This document shows, in pieces, positions 1-44,851 of a DNA stretch of 64,000 nucleotides. How positions within the stretch are numbered: position 1 is the stretch's first letter; every line of letters begins with the position of its first letter. The notes under the pieces were generated by a model that was not told the origin of the DNA, ran no database searches, and worked only from the letters and a program-made list of their open reading frames with translations. The stretch comes from Tubiluchus corallicola (lineage: Eukaryota > Animalia > Priapulida). A program made the position numbers and the translations under genes. The stretch is taken from the NCBI GenBank assembly GCA_030141605.1, contig JAQGDQ010000007.1:310001-374000 (forward strand), read 5' to 3'.

Positions 1-959
1 TCATTTAAAGTATATAAGCAAGGAAACAGATAAAGACAGTTAGAGAGACATTGAGTAAAAGCAATATTGTGATGGAACTTTCCCTAAACATGGTGGTATA
101 AAGTACATCAATTAAGTCTCCTGCTTGAAGATCTCATTAACTGCAAAATGATTTTATTAATGGTATTCTTTTGAAAATCTTGTACATTAAGTCCTTCATA
201 CACAATGGTTTTAGTTTTTCTGAGTTTAGAAAACACAAAAAGTACTGTAATAACGTCTAAATTGGGGCAAATAGGACCCTGCTCTAAGTAGTCGATGAAT
301 GCTGAATATGCTAAATCATCTAGACTGATACTGCTATTTATTGTTATGTTCATTAGCATTTACCATTTTGACGAGAGAACACTGTAGATATGGTTTCTTG
401 ATGACATGGTTACCTTGAAAAAATAGAAACGAAGAACCTATTTCAAGAAAGTGAGAAAGCGAGAGAGACAGAAAGAAAGAACAAGAGGAAGGAAGAGAGC
501 TGAAGAAATGAGAGAATGGAAAAACTTGAAAAGAACAGTAAGATTAAGTTCAGGAAATTAAAGGTCTTAATTTAACTGTATAAAGGTAATTCACAAAAAA
601 TGCAAACGAGATTCTTGGACTCTCTTTGGGCATATTTTTTGAGAAATCAACGGAATTTGATCTGTTGCTGTGAGACTGGAAAAGTAATTGGTTATGTAAC
701 CCCCAACTCTTGTGGCAAAAATTAAAGGAGGTCATAGTTGGCAGGGAATTTTAAAGCAATAAACCAATTGACATTGGCAGTAGTGAAGAAAAATGGAAAT
801 GAAAAATGGAAGAAGAATAATGGAAATGGAAAAATGGAAGAAAAATAATGGAAATTACCACATGTTACAACATGGCCTGGTTACTGGTGAACAATATGGA
901 TTCACCTCGGAAGGATATTGCATGACATGTACTAAATGTATAACTAGGATCAAAAAGTC

Positions 960-1810
960 AGCAAACGGAGTCAAACGTTTGGTTAAGCAAGCTGTTCCAT
1001 CACGGTCATTAAAAGTTAAAGTGCTATTGTATAAAACATTTGTCTGCCCAAAGCTTGAGTATGCAAAAGTCGCCTGGTCACTGCAGTACAATGTCCTAAT
1101 AAACCAGCTTCACTGGATTCAGAAACATTGCCTTCAAATTATGACTAATGGACAAGCTGAAGACGTTACCCCACTGTATGAAAGATGCAAGAGTATAGAT
1201 CTTATTAATTGTTTCAAAATTTTGAATGAGCTAACCATCTTGAATAAAGGTTACTTCTTCGTCCCAACTCGTCGGCGTTATGATCTACGTGGATATTTGA
1301 TGAAACTGTTCTAGGGTTTGCATCTTAGTAGGGGTGAGCATCGAACGCTCGAATTCGATTCGAACGAGTTTTTTTAGTTCGAACTCGATTCGAATCCAAA
1401 ACTATAGATTCGAATAATTCAGCACTTCAATTACACATGTTCTTTATCACTAAAACGATTGAAACATCATGCAATTAGCATAACTTAGCTGTGATTTCTG
1501 CGCACAATTTTATACCAATTACTCGTCGTTTTATTGCAGCACAAAATCTAGTGACATGCATAATCTTTGTAAGACTAATTTTTGCTGGTGGTTCGAAAAC
1601 TTGTTCGAAAATCTTTCGATCTCAATTCGAATTCGGTTCGAATTCAAAACACTGAAGTTCGGTTCGATTCGAATTCGAAAGTCACAAATTCGGTTCGATT
1701 CGAATTCGCTTTCTGGTAGAGAATGCTCACCCCTACATCTTAGGCCTACTAACATAAGAGATTTCTTTTCACCTGCTGAAATATGCCTTGCCAGATGGAA
1801 TTTTACGTGA
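960..1810 (+). pseudogene. Decayed 3' end of a CR1-type LINE ORF2, interrupted by a hAT MITE
   Basis: The ORF at 793-1314 contains LLYKTFVCPKLEYAKVAWS...IDLINCFKIL...YFF...LRGYLMKL, resembling the CR1 ORF2 C-terminal consensus (LYKxLVRPxLEY..W...DLIxxFKIL...TRGHxxKL). After the MITE the frame continues as NIRDFFS...RWN (cf. NIRKxFFSxRVVxxWN). Boundaries approximate. Confidence 0.7.
1329..1735. mobile_element. Non-autonomous hAT-family DNA transposon (MITE), copy 1
   Basis: TIRs TAGGGGTGAGCAT / ATGCTCACCCCTA; exact 8-bp TSD CATCTTAG at 1321-1328 and 1736-1743; subterminal TTCGAA/GATTCG repeats. A second copy is at 56903-57242. Confidence 0.93.
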
Positions 1811-3514
1811 TAAGTGCTACAATTTTTAGCATTTGCAAAAGTATTCTCAGCATCAAAGCCTGAGTTATTAAGTCTGAGAGACGTACCTGACTACGGTTCT
1901 GTTCACTCAAAGTATCAGAAGCCAGATCATGTGTAACCAGTTCAAGGCTAGATCTGAGAAATAGCGGTTAGTGCTAATTGTTACCTACTGTACGCTATTA
2001 ACCAGTAACCACTAAATAGTAAGGCAGCAAGCCAGTAACCAGTCAGGCCGATTTTTGTGTATCATGCCGGTTACGGGAAAAGGGCAGATTTGTACCCACG
2101 CAGTAAGTGTTCTCTACCTCAAAGGTTTTTAATATTGCTTAGTTTGTTTTTATCACGAACCTCTAAAATTAGCAATTATTGGTAAAATTTAAAATTTGTG
2201 GATGATTGCTTATATGTTCTTGATTTAACTTGGCAAAATTATATGAAATGCGAAATTTTCATTTAAGCGTGCCGAATATTACATTCCCTGTTATGTTAAG
2301 CTAGATGTTCAGAATTTATTTTTTTAAAACTGTGTTCTGTACACGCGGCTGTGTTTAGTTGATAACATGCTTTATGTGTTGCATTACTTTGGTATAGAAT
2401 CGCTAATATTTCGTTACACTAACTGCGGTGCCTTGTTGATTATGCAACGCAGCCTATGAATGTTTTGCGACTGAGTGATATGGGGTCTTCAAATTTGAAC
2501 ATCAATAGCCTGACATTTTTTATTTATCTCCTCAGCTATACCAGAATACAAATATCTCTTGTTATCCCGCAGATAGTAAGGCAAACAGACCCACAAATAG
2601 ATTCAAATAAGTTTTATTATTATGATGAACATTATGGGTTGCAAGTACATCATGGCACATTACAGGTCGACAACGCACACATTATTCTTGCGCACATTAA
2701 GTCAGATAAGACAAAATAGACTACAACTGCTATAATTAATAATTAATCAAGATAAGTTATGCATAAAGGAAAGAGTTAGTGTGGTGCAGAAAGGGTAGCA
2801 TAGTTAACTAAAGTAAAGACTGTGATATTATTACTGCAGTGCCACACATGAAATTGTTGTAATATGTTAAAAGTTTAATTGAAACTGTGAATAGGCTGCA
2901 AAGCCTAGATCACTGTATAAAGTAAAATAAAAAATAGAAATTATAATTGTTTTTTGTTAATTGGTGAACATTTCTGTGCAGTTAAGTGATGTAACTGGTT
3001 TTTGAGCTTTCAGTAAAGTATTTTTTCGAAGGAGTTTGCAATTCCCTCACACAATTTAAATACCCTATCCATAACATTAATCCTCTTCATGAACTATAAT
3101 TTCTTCTGTGTGGAAAAGGTAAAGTAAAGAGAATTGTAAGCTTTAACCCATTTTTTTGCCTTTGGGGAATATATATGAATGTGCAGAACTTTTCGTTATC
3201 CAATTCCTTCCGTTTTTCAAAATATCCCAATCTATACCCAGTTTCCTAAGCTTGTTCAGTTTGTGACTGGGCTACTCTAAACATAACTACTACCTTCATA
3301 AAATGGGAAGCATTGGGTATCTACTCTGTGAGCGAGGTTCATTGGAATCTAAAGAACTAAAGAATAAAGTGTGTGGACACTTCATTCTAATCTGTGTGCT
3401 GTTAGTGCAATACCCTTTTTTGTATATAGGTCCCTAAACTGGGTAAACTCCCATCAGGATAGTACGGATTTTCTTGAATGACCAAGTAGTTGTTTCAAGC
3501 ACAGTGTAAGTATC

Positions 3515-37181
<33,667 letters not shown>

Positions 37182-37790
37182 CAACTTTGTGGTCTTTTAG
37201 CTGTTTCTTCAGAAATACTGCTTTGCACCAGTCTAGATGGACATTAATTTCCCATCACTCGGAAATTTGAAGCTTTAAGGACCTTTGCACTTCAGTATGA
37301 GTTGGTAGATGTTTGAGACTCAGAGTAGGTCATTTCTCTTTCTGATTCACGTTATCTTTGTAGCCCACTGTCACACTCATTAAGTCAAACCCTTTTTATG
37401 CCGCATACTTTGGGACTGCAAAAAAAGTTGCCATGTAAGCAAGTTTGGTGTCATAACGAGGTGCATTAGTACATACATGTCCATGTAAATATTGGCATTT
37501 TGTTTTACCAAAAATATAGGCATTAGGCGAGGTTGGCATTATAACAAGGTTTGAGTGTAGTCCCAAAAAATGAGCCTCCATGTGTAAAATGGCTTGTAAT
37601 TGTTTGTCTGTAACAGAGACAACTAAAATAATAATTACTTATTTTTAAGATAGCAGGTTATTATTATCCGCATGTACTACCTGGTTTATGTTACTTCAGT
37701 TAATCTGCTTGATCGTCAAAGAGCCAGCGGTAGCATTCTTTGGTCTGGTAGGAAAAAACGTGTAAAACTTTTTATGTGCATATTTTGTGC

Positions 37791-37796
37791 AATAAA
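37791..37796 (+). terminator. Probable polyadenylation signal of CEP350
   Basis: AATAAA ~610 nt after the stop codon, followed by T-rich sequence. Confidence 0.4.
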
Positions 37797-38339
37797 TTGT
37801 ATAGTTTAATTAAGAAAAAGTATTGCTGCTTTTTTTTATAATTATTAAAATATGGACTGCAATAGCTGAGCCTTGCAAAAACTACATTTCTTCAATTTCA
37901 TTTTCAAAAAATGAATAATAATGATACAAAACGAATATTAGTTGGTATTTTCATTCAGTTTTTGGACAAATTACATTCATTTAACTTGGTAATAGTCCGA
38001 TCATCCAAACAAAATCCATATAAAGCACAAAGTGTCAACTAATAACTTATTTTCAAGTAAATTACCAATTACTTACATTCCAATTACCAAAAAGGAATAG
38101 AATTTCTTATAACCCTTATGAAAAAGTGGCAGGTAGGCAATCATGTACAAACTGTAGCTACATAATCATTAGCTTGTGATCATTAGTAGCAAATGCATTG
38201 TACAGGCATCTTGCTATGAAAAGTAACTCTTTGGTGCCACTATTAAATTTTGGTTGCTGTTAAAATAATGTACATGGCATATTGATTTTTGTGGTATTAT
38301 ACTGTTATACTCTCATGATTAGGGGTTAAGCGAGTATGC

Positions 38340-38570
38340 ACATTGAAACCCCATATTTTTCCACAAAATAATTGTCGACTAAGCATTTAAACTTTATTAT
38401 GATTGGTGCGGCAATCACCATGGCAGGCAGATTCCATTCCTTCACAACTCTCGCAGAAAATGAATATTTACGAATGTCAACTAATTGTCCATTGCTTGCA
38501 TAATTTCGTCTAATTATATGTTAAAAATTATCAGGTACTGCATCTCATTGATGTTCTCTAATATGCGAAT
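38340..38570 (-). pseudogene. CR1-type LINE 3' fragment
   Basis: The minus strand translates to DIRKYSFSARVVKEWNLPAMVIAAP..KFK, the typical CR1 ORF2 end motif. Confidence 0.65.
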
Positions 38571-38889
38571 CATATTACTCTGGCATGGAAACGTATAACA
38601 CTGCACTCATGATTCTTGTTCAAACCGGGTAAAAAGTGGTTAAAAATAAACTACAGGTGAATTAATTATATATCGAAAGTTTCGGCAGCAATAAATTTTA
38701 GGACACACATAAGACACTTGTCAAATAAAAGATTTCATACATTGCTGTCTCCTACCGGGTTTTAGTTCATGTGAGTTGAAACTTATAATAAAAGATAGAG
38801 GATAGAGATTGACGTTACTCGCTTGCAATATTTAAAATATTCGAAAACGAGTTGTTGCGCGTCAATGACTAAGATGAGTGGGACATTAA

Positions 38890-39140
38890 TTTTAATGAGA
38901 TTGCCAGAAACAACGCCAGTATTAAGATTAGCATTAAACGGGGCACTGAAATCTGCTAAACGACCTCCAGGCAAACAAAAAACAACTTTAATATCAAGAA
39001 TTAATAAAGATTTACAACAGTTGGAATCAAACCTAACAGTAGCATCACAGTAATTGAAAATTTTAACTATCGATAGGAAACAGTGGAGTGCTCTAATAAA
39101 GGATAGAGGCTATGTCTGCAATCGATGTTTAGAGCAACAG
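38890..39140 (+). pseudogene. RTE-like LINE ORF2 C-terminal fragment
   Basis: MRLPETTPVLRLAL..AKRPPGKQKTTLISRINKDL...IDRKQWSALI fits the KRPxGRPxxTW...DL...A.DRxxW motif. Confidence 0.6.
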
Positions 39141-39295
39141 AAGTAGAAGAAAAAACTTACAATTAGTACTATCATACAATAGTTACTATTAGTTTTTGGT
39201 TTTTAGAATTCTGCCTGCCAGTGTTTACAATAGACGTAATGGGTATATGATGTTGATGATGACTGTAGCTTACACAGTATAACTAGATTTTAATT

Positions 39296-42200
39296 TTATG
39301 AACTATGAATTTTATTTTCACACATCAAAATACAATGTTGTATATATAACTTAACAATAAATAAAATGATTTGAGTAGTGTGAGGTGAGTGTACGACCAT
39401 ACGGTCATTAACACACTCACCTTACTTAAATGAAAATGAAGAAATTATTAAAGTTATGCGTGCTTTTGTAGATGACTTAATGAAATTGATGTAATAAAGT
39501 AAATGATGTAATAGTAGCAAGGAAACATAGGGAAAACACAATATATAATTATGAAATTAATATAAATATTGAAATAAAGTAAATGATGTAATAAAAGCAA
39601 GGAAGCGTAAGGAAAACGTAATATGTAATTACGATTTTGATATAGGCTGTGATGAATGAATAATTTCATTTAAATTGATTTATACCTTTTACTAATAAAA
39701 TTACAAAGGTCGTAATGGTACCTATTAGTAAAAGAAAACATTAGTGCAAAAAGACACACGTGCACAAAAAGAGAAAAAACCTCTGGTTTTCTATGCCAAA
39801 GAATATTTACTAAGTAAAAATATCTTATATTGTTTAGTGGCTATTTGTAAAGAAAGAGAGGAAATGATTGTATTGGGTACACTATTCCACAATATGACTC
39901 CACTGTGCTGTAAGGTATTTAAGCCATACGCTGTGTTAAATCGTGTTTGAAAATAGTGTCCCATACTGGAAGACCTAGTATAGTGAGAGTGAACATCTTT
40001 GATTAAGGTTAAGCAGTTAGTATATAATTCAGGCAACTGCCGGTTATTATACTTATACATGAATTTAAATAATTCAAGATTATAAATATCTTGTATTTTC
40101 AATAAACTAAGGTGTATGTACGATGGTGTTGCATGGTCTCTGTAATTGGCGAAAGTCATGTATTTAACTATTTTATTCTGAACTGTTATTAGTGGTTGTA
40201 ATAAGTATTTTTTTGTTTGCCACCATGACAACACACAGTATTGGAGGTACAGATAGACTAATGCATGGTAGATCATTTTCAAAACAGGCAAATTAATAAA
40301 ATGTCTTAACTTTGCAAAAATACCAGCTGTTTTGTTTAGTTTTGTTGCTGTAGAGGAAACATGGGTAGACCACTTCATATTGTTGTCAATATGCAACCCA
40401 AGGTATTTTATACTACTACTTTGTGTTAAAATTATGTCACCAATTTTGAGTTCGAAAGTGGAAGAGTCTTGTTATGAAAGGTTCCTACTGATTAACATGT
40501 ACTTAGTTTTAGTGTAATTAACAGTTAATTTATTTGCTTTCATCCAGTCATCCATCTTTTTTAGTTCGTTGTTGGTGTGATGTTGTAAAGTTGAAAGGTT
40601 AGTAGATGTGTGGAAGAGACTTGTATCATCAGCGGAAAGACGAGTGTTAAAATTAGTAGCAAAAGCTAGATCATTGATATAGATCAGGAAAAGCAGCGGC
40701 CCAAGAGTTGATCCTTGAGGTACACCACAGTTTATATCTAACAAATCAGAGCATGTATTGTTAATAGTAGTGAACTGTTGTCGGTTAGTTAAATAAGATT
40801 TAAGGAGTTCCAAGACAGGGCCTCTGATGCCATAATAATCTAATTTATGTAGTAGAATATCATGCTGGACTGGGTCAAAAGCTTTAGATAAATCTAAGAA
40901 TATTGCACAAGTGAAAAGTTTTTTGTCTAAATTTAGAAGCATATTTTCAACAAATTCGGAAGTAGCTAACGAAGTGGAGTAAGTTTTGCGAAAACCAAAC
41001 TGAAATTTTGTTAGTATATTACATGAAGTGAGAAAATTGTTAATGCGATTACAAATAATATTTTCAAAAATTTTGGAAACTCGTGACAGTAGAGAAATTG
41101 GACGATAATTTGATATGTTGTTTGGCGAATCATTTTTATAAAGTGGCTTGACTTTAGCTACTTTTAGACAATTAGGAAAGGTTCCTTCAGAAACTGCCAT
41201 ATTAAACATTCGAGAAAGAACTGGGACAATTAAATCAGATTCTAATTCGTAGAATTTGACCGGGACATTTTCTGGGCCAGGTGATTTATTTTCTTTAAGT
41301 TTATTAAGAGACAACAATGTTTCAAATTCAGAGATAGGATAAAAGAAGACAGATTTGGAGCATTTAAGAAGGATTGGTAGGTCTTCAAAGTGGGTGGGAT
41401 TTTATTGGCCATATTACTACCTACAGACTGGAAGAATTTATTAAATGCATTAGCAATAGAGAGATAGTCACTTGTGGTATGACCATTGTTATCTACAGAG
41501 GAAGGGGCAACTTGTATTTTACTTTTAATTTTCAGTAGGCTGTTAATCGTACTCCATTGCTTCTTAATATTATTTTTGTTTACAGCAAATAAATGGTCAT
41601 AATATTCTCTTGGATTTTTGTTTAACGTGATTTAGTTTATTTGAATAAGTCTTATAATAAGTCCTTTTATAAAGCGAATTAGAAAGTTTGTGAAATTTAT
41701 AGAGCTTGCTTCTAGTTCTGATTGATTTTAGAATTCCGGGTGTTATCCAGGGTTTTCGAAAGGATATTGTTTCTCTTTCACTAAGTGTTCGAATCGTGGC
41801 ATGTTTATTAAGGGTGGTTTCAAATGATTCCAAGAAATGGGAAAAAGTATTATTTACATTAAGTTGACTATTGCAAATAGTAGAAAGTGAATGTCCCAAA
41901 TCGCTCAGAAAATTCGCAGGAATAAATCTTTTAGTATCTCTTATTTTTATTTGAGACTTACTTTTGCATGCATAGGAAGAGTTAACAATTGCAAAGATAG
42001 GCAGATGGTCAGCCACTTCATACTGAATGATGCCAGCAGTGATGGGATTTTGAAACTCATTAATATAAATATGATCAATTAAGGTTTGTGAGTTGTTAGT
42101 AATGCGAGTTGGTTGAGTGATAACTGGATGAAACCTATTTGAGAACAACATATTTATATAGTTGGCAACTGAAGAAATGTCTTCATGTTGAAGTAAATTA

Positions 42201-44182
42201 ATATTCTTGTCCCCGCAAATAAAAGCTGTCCTGCCTGACGAATTGATAAAGTTTAAGATCTTTTCCATTTCTTCATTAAAGTGACTGGCAGATTTGTTGG
42301 GGTGCCTGTACACGACGCCAAATAGTATAGGTGCTTTATTTCTTGATGTTTTTATCTCGACCCATAAATTCTCTACAGCTATTCTGCTAACAGAGTGAGG
42401 TAAGTCGGACGTATATTTTTCGCAGTTAAACTGAATTTCATTAATAACTTTAAATTCAAGATTTTTTTAATATATAGACCTACCCCACCTACAGCAGTAA
42501 GCGAATCTTTTCTAAGAAAAATGCTCTCTGGTATATCGTATAAAAAGGGTGTATTTTCGTGTAATCTTGTTTCTGAAATAGCTACGATGTCCGGAGGATT
42601 TTGAAAATGATCCAATGTTTCAAGCACCTCACCAAAATAGCGGCCAAGACTGCATGCATTCATGTGCACAAAGCAAAAATCATTTGTATTGCTTTTTAAT
42701 TTGGTGTCATGTTTTAGTGCATCTAAAGAATAATACTTACTAGAGTACTGTACTATATAATTATCTGGATCTTGAGAATCTTCACATATGGGTGACAGAA
42801 ATGAAGAAAGATTAGTATAAGTAGATAAGCTTATAGTAGAAACACTCGTGTTGAAGATAGTTCAGAAGTCCTCGTCATCGCAGCCCTGAAATGGAGGTAA
42901 AATGTTAATACAGTTTATACAGTAGTAAGCCTCACTACTATTGCCTAAATTACGAAATTCTAAAAGGGACAACGGTGAACATTTTAAGTGTCTCCAACAG
43001 AGACAAATATTACATTGAATAGCACATTGAGTCGGCTTGCATTCATGGTTACAAAACGAACAAGGAAATTTTGCCATAAAGGACTTGAATTAAGTTTCAA
43101 AGATATTAAACATTGAGACGGCCTATATATCAGCCAGGTCTTGCTCACAGTCTATCGTGAGTTTCTGGCTATTATCTGTGGCTCGCAGAAAAATCCTGCA
43201 GTTGACAGTCCAAATGTGTGCAAAGTTGTATTGCTTTTTGTAGTTGAGCGCTATCCGAATGAATTCACGTCGACTCGGTGTCAGTGATTCACTAATGTAG
43301 ATTTTACTGTCTGTGTAGCGAGAATAATCCAAGGTCGATGTGTTCCCTGCTTTCTTTCTCTCTATGTACATTGCATCACGTTGGGTAAATTTCGCAATAA
43401 TTTTAGGGTAACCCTTTCTTGGCTTAGGGAGCCTACGTGAGATACTAATTTCTTCTTGTGATAATGCAATTCCCATATTGCGGGCAACACTAAGAACTAT
43501 TGCATTTGTATTTTCATGTTCATTTACCAGAATTCCTGATATTTCGAGGCAGTCCTGACGACTATACTGATCAAGTTTGTCGATCTCAATTGCGTTTGTC
43601 TGTGCCTGTTTTTGTAGCTTGCTAACTGTTGCTTTAAGCGAGTTGTTTTCTGTTTTAAGTCTGGCAATGTCTTGATTGGCTGCATCAAGCTCAGTTTTAA
43701 AACCATCAAACATGTCTGAAATGACTTCCTGTGATTTTGATATGGCATCCAATTCCTGGTCAATTTTCGAGACTTTGCTACTTAACATAGATTGCGCATT
43801 CTTGATTGTTTCGATCTCTCTATCAGTCTTCGTTACTTTAGTATCTAGTGTTGTCATCTTACTTGCTATTTCATGCAGCAGTCTCACTGTCATTATTACT
43901 GACTACTTTGTTTAGACTTGGAGAAGCTAAACACGTATCATCATTACCAGTTTGTGTAGTTGTTGCAAAGTCAGCGGAAGTCGCCATATTGGATTGCAGT
44001 CTAGACGAACGCCGAGTGCATATACCAAATTCAGAATAGCTTTCGTTAGATGTAGTTGACTTTTTACATTTAATTTTGTCTCCACCTCGATTCATAATAT
44101 TTCACAAAAGAGTTCAGTGTGGAATAACTGCTTTAAACATCAAAATTCATTTTTTGAGAGCAAATTTTAAGAGACCTTCTAC
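39296..44182 (-). mobile_element. Full-length but disrupted CR1/L2-group LINE (ORF1 coiled coil + RRM-like; ORF2 PHD-APE-RT)
   Basis: ORF1 ~44095-43123 (coiled coil, DQYSRQDCLEISGI, IIAKF, IYISESLTP, HIWT). ORF2 from 43077: PHD finger C-x2-C...QCNICLCWRHLKC...YYCINC; APE (IVAISETRL, GGVGLYIK, YRHPN, ICGDKNINLL, PTR, TLIDHI, DHLPIF); RT (KSPGP, NYRPISLL, QFGFRK, FLDLSKAFD, GVPQGSTLGPLLFLIYINDL, SADDT, KYLG); ends ~39791. Candidate 10-bp TSD GATTTTAATT at 39286-39295 and 44183-44192. Several frameshifts and stops. Confidence 0.92.
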
Positions 44183-44382
44183 GATTTTAATTCAAGCTGT
44201 GTAATGTCACTAGGCATTTTAAGTTTAATGTGAATACACTATGTGAACATTCGTGCTTACTTGATATACCACTTTGCCATTTACCGCAATACTACTATGC
44301 TGCAGTTGGTTTATGGCTTTCTGTTCAAAGAAAACTGATACCTAGATCGGCAAGATTATTTTACCGTTTTTGTGAAATTTTC

Positions 44383-44463
44383 TGAATGTTCAGTAAATGA
44401 TGATTTCATAGTTCACATGATCAAAGTGATTAAATTTCGCCCCTATCTGATACTGAACATTCA
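44383..44463 (+). ncRNA. C/D-box snoRNA, snR60/SNORD80(U80)-like double guide, copy 1
   Basis: Box C ATGATGA 44397-44403; guide CATAGTTCAC; D' ATGA 44417-20; C' GTGATTA; guide TTTCGCCCCTAT 44435-46; box D CTGA 44447-50; perfect 13-bp terminal stem TGAATGTTCAGTA/TACTGAACATTCA. The guides are complementary to the conserved LSU rRNA segments GUGAACUAUG and AUAGGGGCGAAA. Confidence 0.9.
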
Positions 44464-44851
44464 TCATCCGTAACTAGTCAAATCCAGAATTATGATTTTC
44501 TAGTGTGTACCTAACTAACTGGTTTCAAACTTGGCTCATATGATGCAGTTCATTGTGGGAAAGAAGAACCATATTCACTTGAGCATTGACCCAACATAAA
44601 ATTTACTCTTTTGGTATCATGGCAGTATTTAAAAGTGAACCATAGCCCAAAGGTAAGCTTACGGTTATCCCCCGGGTTGTACGGCCGTTTCCCTCGATGT
44701 TTATTTCGTTTATTATGTGTGCGTAAGTATAGTTGCATTACTCAGTATTCTCCTCTTTGAATTTGCTTATATAAGTTTTTTGACTTTTGTTTATTTTGTA
44801 ATGTCAGGTGAAATATAATAAACCAGTAAGCATTCTGTAGGGAAGTAAAAC

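Noticed and set aside
39068-39075. DRE promoter motif TATCGATA
   Set aside because: It falls within the coding remnant (TIDR) of an RTE-like fragment, and a single 8-mer is not enough evidence.
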